The notes under the pieces: model-generated | Database searches by the model: none | What the model was told of the DNA's origin: nothing | The model's input: only the letters and a program-made list of their open reading frames with translations | In this document: one piece after another, positions 53,919-64,000 of the stretch | How the letters are laid out: each line of letters begins with the position of its first letter | Numbering within the stretch: position 1 is the stretch's first letter | From: a bacterium | GTDB taxonomy: Bacteria > Armatimonadota > JACIXR01 | NCBI GenBank assembly: GCA_014360495.1 | Contig: JACIXR010000012.1 | Location: 4,877 to 68,876 of the forward strand | Direction: 5' to 3' | Length of the DNA stretch: 64,000 bases | Program-made: the position numbers and the translations under genes

Positions 53919-54545
53919 TTAGCGGGAGTAAAACTCCACTATCAACTGCTCGTTAAGGGGAACCTCTATCTCCCCCGGAACAGGCAACCCCACTACCTGC
54001 CCTTCAAGGTTCTCCTCATCCAACTTCAACCAATCTGGGCACCTGCCCCCCCTCTTAGCTACCTCCTCCTTAACGCGCTCCACAACAGGTGAATCAGGCT
54101 TAACTTTTATGATATCACCCACTTCCACCTGATAGCTTGGGATATCCACCACCCTTCCATTTACGAGAATATGACCATGAGTTACCAATTGGCGAGCTTG
54201 CTTTCTTGAGGAAGCAAACCCTAATCTATAGACAACAGCATCTAACCTTCTTTCAAGGAGCATCAACAGGTTTTCACCTGCTCTCCCTTTCATCTTGCTC
54301 GCCATCTCAAAATAGCGCTTGAACTGCGTCTCCGTCAGCCAATACATCCTCTTGGCTTTTTGCTTCTCCCTAAACCTCAGCCCGTAATCCTTGAGTTTGG
54401 GAGGACGCGTCTGTCCATGCATTCCTGGAGGATAGTTCCTTCTCTCCAAGGAACACTTGGGTGTATAGCACCTATCTCCCTTAAGGAAGAGCTTCATCCC
54501 TTCCCTTCTACACAATCTACAGCGTGGACCGGTATATAAACTCAC
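53919..54545 (-). CDS. rpsD: 30S ribosomal protein S4
   Basis: GTG start. [23 protein letters not shown] zinc knuckle. S4 domain. Confidence 0.97.
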   Translation of the reverse strand: MSLYTGPRCRLCRREGMKLFLKGDRCYTPKCSLERRNYPPGMHGQTRPPKLKDYGLRFREKQKAKRMYWLTETQFKRYFEMASKMKGRAGENLLMLLERRLDAVVYRLGFASSRKQARQLVTHGHILVNGRVVDIPSYQVEVGDIIKVKPDSPVVERVKEEVAKRGGRCPDWLKLDEENLEGQVVGLPVPGEIEVPLNEQLIVEFYSR

Positions 54546-54557
54546 TTTATCTTCACC

Positions 54558-54941
54558 TCACACTCTTCTTCTCTTTGGTGGACGGCATCCATTGTGAGGA
54601 ACAGGGGTAACATCCTTGATGATGTTGATTTCCAAGCCAGCCGCTTGAAGAGCTCTTATAGCCGTCTCTCTTCCCTGTCCTGTCCCCTTTACATACACAT
54701 CCACCTTTCGCACGCCCATCTCCATAGCTTTTTTCGCCACGGAATCTGCCGCCAGTTGAGCTGCATAGGGAGTGCCCTTTCTCGTCCCCTTTAATCCAAC
54801 GGTGCCGCCGCTATCCCAACAGAGGACATTGCCATCTTTATCCGTTATTGAAATTATGGTGTTATTAAAGGTAGCCTTAATATGAGCTATCGCGTGGGTA
54901 ATTAACCCTCTCTCTTTCTTTTTCGCTTTCTTTTTAGCCAT
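54558..54941 (-). CDS. rpsK: 30S ribosomal protein S11
   Basis: Typical S11, ending [13 protein letters not shown]. Confidence 0.97.
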   Translation of the reverse strand: MAKKKAKKKERGLITHAIAHIKATFNNTIISITDKDGNVLCWDSGGTVGLKGTRKGTPYAAQLAADSVAKKAMEMGVRKVDVYVKGTGQGRETAIRALQAAGLEINIIKDVTPVPHNGCRPPKRRRV

Positions 54942-54955
54942 AACTCACTACCTCC

Positions 54956-55321
54956 TTACTTCCTTGCCCCTATTCGGGCGCGAGGTCCTTTTCTCGTCCT
55001 GGCGTTGGTGCGGGTCCTCTGCCCTCTCACTGGCAAACCTACCTTATGCCTTAAACCTCTATAACAGCCTATCTCTATCAATCTACGAATGTTTGCCGCT
55101 ACCTCCCTTCGCAAATCACCTTCCACTTTATATTTGCTCTCAATTATGTTATTGAGTTTCGCTACCTCCTCGTCCATGAGGTCCTTGACCTTTACATTCG
55201 GGTCAATACCCGCTTCCTCTAATATTTTCTTGCTCAAAGTCCGCCCTATGCCATAAATATATGTCAGGGCAATCCATATATTTTTGTTCTTTGGCAAGTC
55301 TACTCCAGCTATCCTCGCCAA
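54956..55321 (-). CDS. rpsM: 30S ribosomal protein S13
   Basis: (M)[12 protein letters not shown]... with a TTG start behind GGGAGGTGA. Confidence 0.95.
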   Translation of the reverse strand: MARIAGVDLPKNKNIWIALTYIYGIGRTLSKKILEEAGIDPNVKVKDLMDEEVAKLNNIIESKYKVEGDLRREVAANIRRLIEIGCYRGLRHKVGLPVRGQRTRTNARTRKGPRARIGARK

Positions 55322-55327
55322 GTCTGG

Positions 55328-55444
55328 TCACCTCCCTTGTCTTTGTTTATGCTTAGGGTTGGAGCAGATGACCATCACTCTGCCCCTTCTCCTGATAATT
55401 TTGCACTTATTACATATCCTCTTCACAGAGGGACGCACTTTCAT
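55328..55444 (-). CDS. rpmJ: 50S ribosomal protein L36
   Basis: Not in the ORF track (38 aa). Minus-strand translation is [38 protein letters not shown]. Confidence 0.93.
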   Translation of the reverse strand: MKVRPSVKRICNKCKIIRRRGRVMVICSNPKHKQRQGR

Positions 55445-55465
55445 CTTTTGAATTTCACCTCTCTC

Positions 55466-55681
55466 TTATTTATAACGATAAAGTATCCTGCCCTGCGTCA
55501 GGTCATAAGGAGAAACTTCTACTTTAACCTTATCGCCAGGCAGAATCTTTATGTAGTGAAGGCGCATCTTGCCAGATGCGTGTGCGGTGATTATAAGATT
55601 ATTATCAAGTTTAACACGGAAAGCCGCATTCGGCAAGGCCTCTATGACTACGCCTTCCATTTCAATAGTTTCCTTTTTCAC
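55466..55681 (-). CDS. infA: Translation initiation factor IF-1
   Basis: S1-like IF-1 sequence ([19 protein letters not shown]...YRYK). Confidence 0.97.
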   Translation of the reverse strand: MKKETIEMEGVVIEALPNAAFRVKLDNNLIITAHASGKMRLHYIKILPGDKVKVEVSPYDLTQGRILYRYK

Positions 55682-55684
55682 CTC

Positions 55685-56440
55685 TTACCTCCTTGTTAAT
55701 ACCAAACATCCATCGCCCATTATGGCAATTGTATGCTCAAAATGGGCGGAAAGACTACCATCAACGGTCTTCACCGTCCAGCCATCTTCGGCTGTGAACA
55801 CCCTGTCATCACCAATATTCACCATTGGCTCTATAGCCAATGTCATACCTTCCCTTAGAATTATCCCCTTCCCCTTACTGCCGTAGTTGGGAACAGGGGG
55901 GTCCTCCCAAAGACTCCGACCGATGCCATGCCCGGTCAACACCTTAACAACGGAGAAACCTCTTCCCTCCACATAACTCTGAATGGCATATCCGATATCG
56001 CCCAGCCTCGCTCCCTTCCTCGCTGCCTTTATGCCCCTTTCCAACGCTTCCCTAGTGGTATTAATCAATTCTTTCACTATTTCATCAACCTCTCCATCAC
56101 CCACAATAAACGTGCGCGCCCCATCCGCATGATACCCCTCAAACTCCACTCCTACATCTAATTTTAATAAATCGCCTTCCCTCAAGATTTTCTTCTTGGA
56201 GGGAATCCCGTGAACAACCTCGTCATTAAGAGAGGCGCAAATGGAAGCGGGAAACCCATTGAAACCTTTGAAGGAGGGTCTGGCTCCCCGAGAGCGTATG
56301 AGCTCCTCGGCAAGGGAATCAAGTTCCGCGGTAGAGACGCCAGGCTTGGCGTTGGCTTCCAGAACATCAAGAACCTCGGCCAAAATCGCACCCGCCTTCC
56401 CCATCTTCTTTATCTCCTCTTCTTTCTTAATCACTATCAT
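55685..56440 (-). CDS. map: Type I methionine aminopeptidase
   Basis: Pita-bread fold metal ligands in context (DVGVEFEGYHADGARTF, GHGIG, EPMV). ATG 56440 overlaps the adk end. Confidence 0.93.
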   Translation of the reverse strand: MIVIKKEEEIKKMGKAGAILAEVLDVLEANAKPGVSTAELDSLAEELIRSRGARPSFKGFNGFPASICASLNDEVVHGIPSKKKILREGDLLKLDVGVEFEGYHADGARTFIVGDGEVDEIVKELINTTREALERGIKAARKGARLGDIGYAIQSYVEGRGFSVVKVLTGHGIGRSLWEDPPVPNYGSKGKGIILREGMTLAIEPMVNIGDDRVFTAEDGWTVKTVDGSLSAHFEHTIAIMGDGCLVLTRR

Positions 56441-57077
56441 CCTGTAAGATCTTGACGATTTCATCCACGGATTGTTCAAGGGGAACCTCGCAGTTCACAT
56501 TCACCAGTAGCCCTTTTTCCTCATAAAAACGAATGAGGGGTTCCGTTTGCCTATGATAAACAGCCAAGCGATGGCGTATCGCTTCCGGTTTATCGTCGTC
56601 TCTTTGATATAATTCACCACCGCAGTAATCGCAAATTCCCTCCTTCTTCGGCGGCATATTGATGATGTGGAAGATCGCCCCACAGTTGCGACATATCCTT
56701 CTTCCCGAAAGACGCCTTATTATTTCCTCCTCGCTAACCACCAGATTTATAACCTTCTTTAAGGGCAAAGAGAGCTCCTTTAAGATTTGTTCTAAAGTCT
56801 CCGCTTGCTGTAGTGTGCGGGGATATCCATCAAGGATAAACCCCTTCTTACAATCATCCTGCGAAAGCCTATTCTTCACTATCAAGTTTACAACATCATC
56901 GGGAACAAGCTCGCCGCTTTCAACATACCTTCTCACCTCTTGCCCCAACTCGCTGTTCTTCTCCATTTCCTCCCTGAAGATATCTCCCGTTGATATATGA
57001 GGAATGCCCAGCAAAGAGGAAAGCCTCTTTGCGTGTGTTCCTTTTCCTGCTCCTGGTGCTCCTAACAAAATGACCAA
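56427..57077 (-). CDS. adk: Adenylate kinase (zinc-lid type)
   Basis: P-loop GAPGAGKGT and lid CRNCG...CDYCGG. Confidence 0.95.
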   Translation of the reverse strand: MVILLGAPGAGKGTHAKRLSSLLGIPHISTGDIFREEMEKNSELGQEVRRYVESGELVPDDVVNLIVKNRLSQDDCKKGFILDGYPRTLQQAETLEQILKELSLPLKKVINLVVSEEEIIRRLSGRRICRNCGAIFHIINMPPKKEGICDYCGGELYQRDDDKPEAIRHRLAVYHRQTEPLIRFYEEKGLLVNVNCEVPLEQSVDEIVKILQDDSD

Positions 57078-57093
57078 GCCCTTCTCCTCCCTT

Positions 57094-58389
57094 CTATTTT
57101 ATGAAACCTTCGTAGCGTCGCATAGCAATCTGGGCTTCCAGCTGCTGGACGGTCTCAACTGCTACACCTACAAGGATTAATATGGAAGTCCCACCTACTA
57201 TCGTGAAAACCGTCGAGGGAACTCCCGTGATATTGGAATAATAATATTGCAATAAAGCAATCGCAGCTAAGAACAAGGCTCCTACGAATGTAACCCTTGA
57301 AAGGACCCTATCTATATATTCCTTGGTAGGTTGCCCGGGGCGGACGCCCGGAATGAACCCCCCTGCTTTCTTCAAATTATCGGCGATATCCGTGGGATTA
57401 AAGACCACGGCGGTATAGAAATAGGTAAATAACATCACCAAGATAGCGTAGATTATGGAGGCTGCGACGCTCATTCCTGGGCTAAAGTAATATAGAAGTT
57501 TATACACCCAGGAGTTCTGCTGAGTGGCACCTCCAAAGAACTGAAGTATGGTGGAAGGGAAAGTGATAATTGCGATGGCGAAGATTATGGGTATTACGCC
57601 TGCGTTGTTAAGTCGGAGCGGCAAATATGTCTGGGCACCCGAATATGCCCTTATTCCCACCACCTTCCTCGCATACTGCACGGGGATTTTACGCTGGGCA
57701 TTCTGCACAGCTACAACAGAAGCAACTACCCCAAGGAAAAGGATAACGAGAAGAAGGACATTGAAGAATGTGATTGTGCCCGCCCTTAAAGCTTGGATGG
57801 TATTGTAAACATCATAGGGCATTCTAACCATTATATTACAAAGTATTATTAGAGAGACACCGTTTCCTATTCCCTTTTCTGTAATGAGTTCTCCCAACCA
57901 GAGGAGGAAGCAGGTTGCTGCTGTTAGGGCGATTATCGCGCGGAAGTAATCAAAAGTTGTGAAATGAAGTATGTTCTGTCCTCTCCCTAAGGCAATGCAC
58001 ATACCAGTTGCTTGCATTAGGGAAAGGAAAACAGTTAGATATCGGGTATATTGTCCGATTTTTTTCCTTCCCTCCTCCCCACCCTCCTTCGCTAACTCCT
58101 CCAAGCTGGGAATAGCCATAGTTAACAACTGCATTATAATTGAGGCATTGATATAGGGGTAAATTCCCATTGCGAAGATGGTAAATTTGCGCATCGCTCC
58201 CCCCGAGAAGAGGTCAACAAGGGAGAAAAGCCCTCCACCCCGAGCAAAAAGCTCCTCAAGAGCTTGTCTGTTAACGCCCGGAAGAGGGATATGGAGCCCA
58301 GCCACATAAAGGGCAAACATACCTAAAACAAACAATATCCTCTTTCTCAAATCGGGATAACGGAGAGCGGAAACAAATGTCTCCAACAT
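57094..58389 (-). CDS. secY: Preprotein translocase subunit SecY
   Basis: 10-TM SecY pattern in operon position. Confidence 0.95.
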   Translation of the reverse strand: MLETFVSALRYPDLRKRILFVLGMFALYVAGLHIPLPGVNRQALEELFARGGGLFSLVDLFSGGAMRKFTIFAMGIYPYINASIIMQLLTMAIPSLEELAKEGGEEGRKKIGQYTRYLTVFLSLMQATGMCIALGRGQNILHFTTFDYFRAIIALTAATCFLLWLGELITEKGIGNGVSLIILCNIMVRMPYDVYNTIQALRAGTITFFNVLLLVILFLGVVASVVAVQNAQRKIPVQYARKVVGIRAYSGAQTYLPLRLNNAGVIPIIFAIAIITFPSTILQFFGGATQQNSWVYKLLYYFSPGMSVAASIIYAILVMLFTYFYTAVVFNPTDIADNLKKAGGFIPGVRPGQPTKEYIDRVLSRVTFVGALFLAAIALLQYYYSNITGVPSTVFTIVGGTSILILVGVAVETVQQLEAQIAMRRYEGFIK

Positions 58390-58827
58390 TTAACCTATCA
58401 CCTCTGCCTTCCCTCCCGCCTTTTCTATCTTCTCCTTTGCAGAAGCGCTGAAAGCATGAGCCTTCACGGTAAGCGGTCTTTTCACTTCCCCTTCACCCAA
58501 TACCTTCACTGGGACATCCTTTTCCTTTATCAATCCTCTTTCATAAAGTAGCTGAGGAGTGATTTCTTGGACATCCCCCAAACGCATTATGTCCTTGATA
58601 TTCACTATCTGCCATTCCTTCTTGAAGGGATTTTTGAAACCCTTCTGCTTCGGCAGACGAAGATGAAGGGGAGTTTGACCACCCTCCATGTGGAGGCTTA
58701 CGCTCTCGTGAGCCTTCTGCCCTTTAGTGCCTCTTCCCGCGGTTTTCCCGTGACCCGAACCAATACCCCTGCCCACCCTCTTTTTCTTTTTTCTCGGATA
58801 CTCAACTTTTATGTTATGTATCTGCAT
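58390..58827 (-). CDS. rplO: 50S ribosomal protein L15
   Basis: [26 protein letters not shown], typical L15. Confidence 0.97.
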   Translation of the reverse strand: MQIHNIKVEYPRKKKKRVGRGIGSGHGKTAGRGTKGQKAHESVSLHMEGGQTPLHLRLPKQKGFKNPFKKEWQIVNIKDIMRLGDVQEITPQLLYERGLIKEKDVPVKVLGEGEVKRPLTVKAHAFSASAKEKIEKAGGKAEVIG

Positions 58828-59017
58828 CTTGCACCTCCTCAGTTTCCACTATCCTCACTTCCAGAAGGTCCTTCACCTTCTCTATCATCCCCTCCACTTG
58901 GGGATTGAAGGGCTTGAGTATCTCCTGATTCAACCTCCTCAACCCCAAGGCTTGGAGGGTTCTCTTCTTCCAGAACTTGTGTCCTATAGGACTCTTCTTC
59001 AACTTCAGCAGAAACAT
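58814..59017 (-). CDS. rpmD: 50S ribosomal protein L30
   Basis: [14 protein letters not shown]...[12 protein letters not shown]...typical L30. Alternative TTG start at 59026, 6 nt after GGAGGTGG. Lies almost entirely inside the rpsE reading frame, in another phase. Confidence 0.85.
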   Translation of the reverse strand: MFLLKLKKSPIGHKFWKKRTLQALGLRRLNQEILKPFNPQVEGMIEKVKDLLEVRIVETEEVQDADT

Positions 59018-59570
59018 CTTTCTCAACTTTTTCCACCTCCATCTTTTTTAGCCATGGTAGCAGCTGATGAGGTTGTTTTCCTCGTTTGCGGGCTACCTCC
59101 TCGGGAGTTTGGAGGGAACTCAAAGCCTTAAGAGTAGCCCAAACTACATTGACGGGATTAGTAGACCCTATACACTTGCTCAATATATCCTTTATCCCGG
59201 CTAATTCAACCACCGCCCTAACCGCGCGTCCCGCGACAGTTCCCGTTCCAGGAGAAGCGGGCTTAAGCAGAACCTTCGTCGCCCCTATTTCCCCAATAAC
59301 GGAGTGGGGAATTGTATTGCCGAGGAGAGGGACCTCTATCATATTCTTCTTCGCCTGATTAACCGCCTTTCGAAGGGCATCGGGAAGCTCATGAGCCTTC
59401 CCAATGCTCGCCCCTACATGCCCTTGCTTATCGCCAACCACTGCTAAAACGAATATCCTCTGCCTACGCCCTCCCTTTTGCGTTCTTGATACTCTTTTGA
59501 ACAGAACTATCCTTTCCTCAAACTGCGTATCATCCGTAGGAACAAATTTACGTTTTGTAACTACTCTCAT
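58839..59570 (-). CDS. rpsE: 30S ribosomal protein S5 with ~70-aa acidic C-terminal extension as read
   Basis: The canonical S5 core runs to ...EEVARKRGK (aa ~165). The frame stays open to 58839. Confidence 0.85.
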   Translation of the reverse strand: MRVVTKRKFVPTDDTQFEERIVLFKRVSRTQKGGRRQRIFVLAVVGDKQGHVGASIGKAHELPDALRKAVNQAKKNMIEVPLLGNTIPHSVIGEIGATKVLLKPASPGTGTVAGRAVRAVVELAGIKDILSKCIGSTNPVNVVWATLKALSSLQTPEEVARKRGKQPHQLLPWLKKMEVEKVEKDVSAEVEEESYRTQVLEEENPPSLGVEEVESGDTQALQSPSGGDDREGEGPSGSEDSGN

Positions 59571-59926
59571 AGTTTCAATCCTCCTTCCCTTGCTCCCTCC
59601 GCTAAGGCGCGCACTCTCCCGTGATATTTGTAACCTCCCCTATCAAATGCAGCTTTCTCTATCCCCAACTCCAATGCCCGCTTAGCAAGGAGGCGTCCTA
59701 CCTCTTTTGCAACCTCCGTTTTGCTCTTCCCCTCTGCAATCTTCCTTATCTCGGGGTCAAGCGAGGAAGCAGAACAATAAGTGTGCCCTATTTCATCGTT
59801 TATCAACTGGGCATATATGTGTTTGAGGGAGCGAAATACCGATAATCTCGGTCTCTCGCTCGTCCCAAACACCTTTTTCCTTACTCTCAAATGTCTTCTC
59901 TTTCTCGCTTCGACTTTGCTCAGCAT
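59567..59926 (-). CDS. rplR: 50S ribosomal protein L18
   Basis: [19 protein letters not shown]...typical L18. ATGA overlap with rpsE. Confidence 0.95.
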   Translation of the reverse strand: MLSKVEARKRRHLRVRKKVFGTSERPRLSVFRSLKHIYAQLINDEIGHTYCSASSLDPEIRKIAEGKSKTEVAKEVGRLLAKRALELGIEKAAFDRGGYKYHGRVRALAEGAREGGLKL

Positions 59927-59933
59927 CTTAACT

Positions 59934-60503
59934 TTATTGAGCACCTCCTACCTTCGCAGCTTTTCCAGGTTTAAGACGGACAACTTCGCCTCTATATCTT
60001 ATGCCTTTCCCGTGATATGCATCAGGGGGTCTAATCGCCCTTATCTCCGCCGCCTGCTGGCCTACAACCTGTTTATCAATTCCCTTTACTATTATCAAGG
60101 TTTGCCTCGTATCAGGGTCCTGTGTCACCTCAAAGGTTATGCCCGGCTTAGGTTCAACAACTACAGGATGGGAAAAACCTATGTTCAAAACGAGGTTCTC
60201 TCCTTGCTTCATCGCCCTATAACCTACACCCACTATCTCAAGAGTCTTCTGAAATCCCTTAGCCACCCCCTCTATCAGGTTTGCAATGAGGGTGCGATAT
60301 AAACCATGTAGGGAACGACTTTCCTTCCTGTCGTCCCTTCGCTTCACATATATTTTGCCGTCGGCTAACTCCACATCTATAAGGGGATGAAGGGTTAGGC
60401 TGTTTTTCCCCAAAGGACCTTCAGCATATATTTGGTCCCCTTCTAACTTCACTTTTACATTTTCTGGTATAACTATTGGCTTTTTACCTACGTGCGACAC
60501 CAT
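59934..60503 (-). CDS. rplF: 50S ribosomal protein L6
   Basis: [16 protein letters not shown]...typical L6. Confidence 0.97.
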   Translation of the reverse strand: MVSHVGKKPIVIPENVKVKLEGDQIYAEGPLGKNSLTLHPLIDVELADGKIYVKRRDDRKESRSLHGLYRTLIANLIEGVAKGFQKTLEIVGVGYRAMKQGENLVLNIGFSHPVVVEPKPGITFEVTQDPDTRQTLIIVKGIDKQVVGQQAAEIRAIRPPDAYHGKGIRYRGEVVRLKPGKAAKVGGAQ

Positions 60504-60511
60504 TCATCACC

Positions 60512-60910
60512 TCACCATATATAGCATAGAACCTCTCCGCCTACGCCGAGACGCCGAGCTTCCCTATCAGTTAAGACACCTTTTGAGGTAGACAAAATGG
60601 CTATCCCCAACCCATCCATGACCCGGGGAATCTCATCCTTAGATACATAGATTCTACTTCCCGGTTTGCTCACCCTTTTCAGCCCGGTTATCACTGGCTC
60701 TCCTTCCGGTGTATACTTCAAAAAGATGCGCAATATGCCCTGCTTACCATCGTCAATGAACTGAAAATCGTGGATGTACCCCTCTTTTCGCAATATCCTC
60801 GCTATCTCTATTTTGATTTTTGAGGCGGGAACGGAAACTTCCTCCTTCTCCGCCATAAGAGCGTTCCTGATGCGAGTGAGCATATCCGCAATAGGGTCAG
60901 TTAGAACCAT
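60512..60910 (-). CDS. rpsH: 30S ribosomal protein S8
   Basis: [17 protein letters not shown]...typical S8. ATG 60910 behind AAGGAGGG. Confidence 0.97.
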   Translation of the reverse strand: MVLTDPIADMLTRIRNALMAEKEEVSVPASKIKIEIARILRKEGYIHDFQFIDDGKQGILRIFLKYTPEGEPVITGLKRVSKPGSRIYVSKDEIPRVMDGLGIAILSTSKGVLTDREARRLGVGGEVLCYIW

Positions 60911-60921
60911 AGCTCCCTCCT

Positions 60922-61107
60922 TTACCAACTTGATTTCACCACGCCGGGTATTTGCCCCTGATAAACAAGCTCCCTAAAACATATCCGGCAGAGACCGAAT
61001 TGCCTTATATATCCTCTCGGTCTCCCGCAGCGAAAGCAACGATTTCTCTGCCTCGTTTTGAATTTAGGCGGTAGCTTGCTTCTCTCAATTTTCACCTTTC
61101 TTGCCAT
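60922..61107 (-). CDS. rpsZ: 30S ribosomal protein S14 type Z (zinc-binding, 61 aa)
   Basis: [20 protein letters not shown]. Confidence 0.95.
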   Translation of the reverse strand: MARKVKIERSKLPPKFKTRQRNRCFRCGRPRGYIRQFGLCRICFRELVYQGQIPGVVKSSW

Positions 61108-61109
61108 AT

Positions 61110-63083
61110 CTATCCTTCCTCCTTACGAGAGCTCTCTATTATTTGCTGCGCTATGTGGGGTGGAACCTCCTCATAGTGGGAGAAGGACATAGTGAAGCTT
61201 CCTCTCCCTCCCGTTATGGAACGCAGGTCTATCGCGTATTTGAGCATCTCCGCCATAGGCACCTGCGCTATTATGCGGTCAATTAACGGGGACTCTGATT
61301 CTATCCCGATTATCCTTCCTCGCTTGCTGTTCAGCCCACCTATAACATCTCCTGTAAACATCTTCGGCACCGTAACCACGACATTCATTATAGGTTCCAA
61401 GAGAACGGGGTCAGCTTGCTGAACAGCGTTCTTGAAGGATATCGCTGCAGCTATTTGAAATGCCAAATCCGAAGAATCAACCTCATGGTATTTCCCATCG
61501 TAAAGCGTCACCCTCACATCAACAACCGGATAGCCAGCTAAAACTCCCTCGGATAGAGCCTTCTGCACCCCTTTCTCAACAGAGGGTATGTATTGGCGAG
61601 GGATTGCTCCGCCGACTATCTTGTTCACAAATTCATAACCAGCTCCCCTCTCCAATGGCTCAACAGTGAGATAAACCACTCCATATTGACCATGCCCACC
61701 CGTCTGCCTTATGTACTTGCCCTCTGCACTCGCTGAACGCCTTATCGTCTCCCTATAAGGGACCTTGGGCGTAGATAACTCCACATCCACCCCGAACTTC
61801 CTCTTAAGACGTTCCATTGTTACCTCAAGGTGTAAGTCGCCCATACCCGCCATAATCGTTTGCTTCATCTCGTTATCACGCCACCATCGAAAAGATGGGT
61901 CCTCTTCAGTTAAACGGTTGAGACCCATTGTGAGCTTCTCTTCATCCTCGCGGCTCTTGGGAGCAATGGCAAGTTGATATACTGGCTCGGGATAGCTTAT
62001 CGGAGGAAGCATTACAAGCCTTGAGGGATGACAAAGAGTATCACCTGTTGAGCTCTCGGCGAGCTTGGGAATGGCGCAGATATCACCTGCGTGAACTTTG
62101 CCAATAGGTTGTTGCTGTTTTCCAAGAAGCAAGAACAATTGTCCGACCTTCTGTTGAACATTTTTATTAACATTGACAAGTGTGCTATCAGTGGAAAGAA
62201 GCCCAGAGAAAACCCTCACATAGGAGAGCTTACCCACATACGGGTCGGCAACGGTCTTGAAAACGAAGGCACAAACAGGCTCCTCGTCATTCGGCTTAAC
62301 TTCTATCTCTTCACCATTCCCCGGCGCCATCCCCTTTATGCTCCCTCTATCCATAGGGGAGGGAAGATACTTCACGATTGCATTCAAAAACTCCTCCACT
62401 CCCTCACCGGAAAAGGCCGAAACCGCAAGGACTGGGAAGAGCTGCCTCCCTTTCACTCCTTCCACGAGCGCTTCCTCTATCTCTCTATCCTCTATTTCCT
62501 CCTCATTAATATATTTCTCAAGCAAGACATCGCTAACATCAGCAACTGCCTCCAAGAGCTTATCCCTATAGCCATCAACGAGACGTTCCGCGACGGTACC
62601 CACAGCGACCACGCCTTTCCCGAAAGATTCCTGCAGTTGATTAAGAACCTTTGGGAAATCGGCATTCTCCCTTTCTATCTTATTAACCACTATCAAAACG
62701 GGAAGCGAATTCTCCTGAGCAAGACGCCACATATTTTCTGTCCCGATTTCCACACCCGAGGCAGCGCATACTACGAGGACAACGGCATCGGCAGCCCGCA
62801 TCGCTCCCATTACTTCTCCCTGGAAGTCAGCGTAGCCGGGGGTATCAATTATGTTTATCTTGGTTCCCTTCCAATCAAGATAGGCAAGGGAAAGGCTTAT
62901 AGATGTCTTTCTCTGTATCTCTTCCGGCTCGTAATCCATTACGGTGTTGCCCTCCTCCACCTTTCCCATCCGAGTTATCATCTTCGCCTTATAAAGTATA
63001 GCCTCTATGAGGGAGGTCTTTCCTGCCCCGGAATGAGCGACGAAGACGACATTCCTTATATTTTGGGTGGTATACTCTTTCAT
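61110..63083 (-). CDS. EF-G-like translational GTPase paralogue (EF-G-2 type, 657 aa)
   Basis: G domain AHSGAGKTS / DTPGYADF / NKIE plus EF-G domains II-V. Resembles the short Thermus-type EF-G-2 recalled from memory. Confidence 0.8.
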   Translation of the reverse strand: MKEYTTQNIRNVVFVAHSGAGKTSLIEAILYKAKMITRMGKVEEGNTVMDYEPEEIQRKTSISLSLAYLDWKGTKINIIDTPGYADFQGEVMGAMRAADAVVLVVCAASGVEIGTENMWRLAQENSLPVLIVVNKIERENADFPKVLNQLQESFGKGVVAVGTVAERLVDGYRDKLLEAVADVSDVLLEKYINEEEIEDREIEEALVEGVKGRQLFPVLAVSAFSGEGVEEFLNAIVKYLPSPMDRGSIKGMAPGNGEEIEVKPNDEEPVCAFVFKTVADPYVGKLSYVRVFSGLLSTDSTLVNVNKNVQQKVGQLFLLLGKQQQPIGKVHAGDICAIPKLAESSTGDTLCHPSRLVMLPPISYPEPVYQLAIAPKSREDEEKLTMGLNRLTEEDPSFRWWRDNEMKQTIMAGMGDLHLEVTMERLKRKFGVDVELSTPKVPYRETIRRSASAEGKYIRQTGGHGQYGVVYLTVEPLERGAGYEFVNKIVGGAIPRQYIPSVEKGVQKALSEGVLAGYPVVDVRVTLYDGKYHEVDSSDLAFQIAAAISFKNAVQQADPVLLEPIMNVVVTVPKMFTGDVIGGLNSKRGRIIGIESESPLIDRIIAQVPMAEMLKYAIDLRSITGGRGSFTMSFSHYEEVPPHIAQQIIESSRKEEG

Positions 63084-63643
63084 ATTCTGCTACCCTCCTC
63101 CCTAAATGGGCATCCAAGAAGCTTCAGCAATGTCCTGCCTTCTATGTCGCTTTTAGCGGTGGTTACAATCGTTATATTCATTCCCCTTATCTTCTCAACT
63201 TGGTCTAAATTTATCTCGGGGAATATAGTCTGCTCGTCAAGCCCCAAACTGAAATTGCCATGCCCATCCATCTTCTGGGAGAGCCCCTTGAAATCCCTAA
63301 CCCTGGGCAATACAATGGCAAAAAGCTTTTGGAGGAAATGCCACATCCTGTCTCCCCTGAGGGTTGCTTTACATCCTATTGGCATTCCCTTCCTCAGCTT
63401 GAAGCTGGAAATGGATTTCCTCGCTTTACAAATCATAGGCGTCTGCCCCGTTATCAATGCTAATTCCTTTTTAGCGGTCTCTATCTCCTTGGGGTCTTGC
63501 ACTGCTTCTCCTACCCCCATATTTACAACCACTTTTTCTATGCGAGGCACCTCCATAATGTTCTTATACCCGAAGATACGCATCATCTCGGGGACAACCT
63601 CCTTAATGTATCTCTCCTTCATAGGGGGCATCTCAGACTTCAT
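63080..63643 (-). CDS. rplE: 50S ribosomal protein L5
   Basis: [14 protein letters not shown]...typical L5. Start ambiguous (63643, 63631 or 63622). Confidence 0.95.
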   Translation of the reverse strand: MKSEMPPMKERYIKEVVPEMMRIFGYKNIMEVPRIEKVVVNMGVGEAVQDPKEIETAKKELALITGQTPMICKARKSISSFKLRKGMPIGCKATLRGDRMWHFLQKLFAIVLPRVRDFKGLSQKMDGHGNFSLGLDEQTIFPEINLDQVEKIRGMNITIVTTAKSDIEGRTLLKLLGCPFREEGSRI

Positions 63644-63974
63644 CTATCAACTCACCACACTTCCTACAGGCTCTCGCCTTTTTATCTCTAACAAAGACCA
63701 TCCGTGGACGAGTCCTCTTGTCGCAATGGGGACAAACAAGCATAACATTTGAGATGGCGATAGGTGCGGGCTTCTCCATTATTCCACCCTGAGGCATCTT
63801 TTGAGAAGGACGCATATGCCTCTTCACCAATTTGACACCCTCCACTACGACCCTTCCCCGCTCGGGTATTACCCTTATAATCGTCCCCCTCTTCCCCTTC
63901 TCCACACCGCTTATTACTTCTACCATATCGCCTTTCTTCAGTTTATAGCGTGGAATCTTCACTTTCGCTTTCAT
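63633..63974 (-). CDS. rplX: 50S ribosomal protein L24 (with CxxC...CxxC C-terminal ribbon)
   Basis: [23 protein letters not shown] motif. CPHC...CRKC near the C-terminus. ATG 63974 overlaps the rplN stop (TGATG). Confidence 0.95.
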   Translation of the reverse strand: MKAKVKIPRYKLKKGDMVEVISGVEKGKRGTIIRVIPERGRVVVEGVKLVKRHMRPSQKMPQGGIMEKPAPIAISNVMLVCPHCDKRTRPRMVFVRDKKARACRKCGELIDEV

Positions 63975-64000
63975 CACACTACCTCCGGAGCAAGAGAAAT
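63974..64000 (-). CDS. rplN: 50S ribosomal protein L14, 3' end only
   Basis: Minus strand reads ...ISLAPEVV*, the conserved L14 C-terminus. Confidence 0.8.
   Translation of the reverse strand: MSLAPEVV

Noticed and set aside
62091-63752. Very long (553-aa) ORF on the plus strand
   Set aside because: It is antisense to the EF-G-like gene, rplE and the rplX end. The sense strand has unmistakable EF-G/L5/L24 sequences with SDs. The antisense product is low-complexity (L/S/I/P-rich) with no motif. Long shadow ORFs are expected opposite E/K-rich genes.

Overview
64-kb bacterial chromosomal window. Proteins are rich in E/K/R/I, the rRNA and tRNA genes are visibly more GC-rich than flanking DNA, and GGAGG Shine-Dalgarno sites are strong. 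This looks like a thermophile. Three prepilin-type H-X9-DG proteins hint at a Planctomycetota/Verrucomicrobiota/Armatimonadota-like lineage, but that is not proven. Left ~37 kb is accessory-like. It holds an M16 peptidase (5' partial); a Fur-box-preceded H-X9-DG pseudopilin-like gene with a 1612-aa secreted LamG protein; and an ABC exporter fused to an N-terminal PH-like/zinc-ribbon module and a C-terminal DUF1854-like module. It also holds a stand-alone tRNA-Ile/tRNA-Ala/23S rRNA unit with its own promoter and no linked 16S or 5S; housekeeping genes (M48 peptidases, LacI, aminotransferase, trxB, LemA/HtpX); and a glycan-degradation block with a LacI regulator, two more H-X9-DG genes and about five secreted glycoside-hydrolase-like proteins including a GH38-like one. 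The middle holds prfB (canonical +1 frameshift), secA, a 600-bp ORF-free spacer, a ManNAc/GlcNAc-type operon, feoAB and htrA. The right ~13 kb is the spc/alpha ribosomal-protein cluster plus truA-rplM-rpsI on the minus strand. Its clear oddity is an EF-G-2-type GTPase paralogue translationally coupled between rplE and rpsZ. In addition, the rpsE frame reads through almost all of rpmD. No CRISPR array, transposase, integrase, phage or recognisable defence genes were seen. All calls come from reading the sequence and recalled family motifs; no searches were run.
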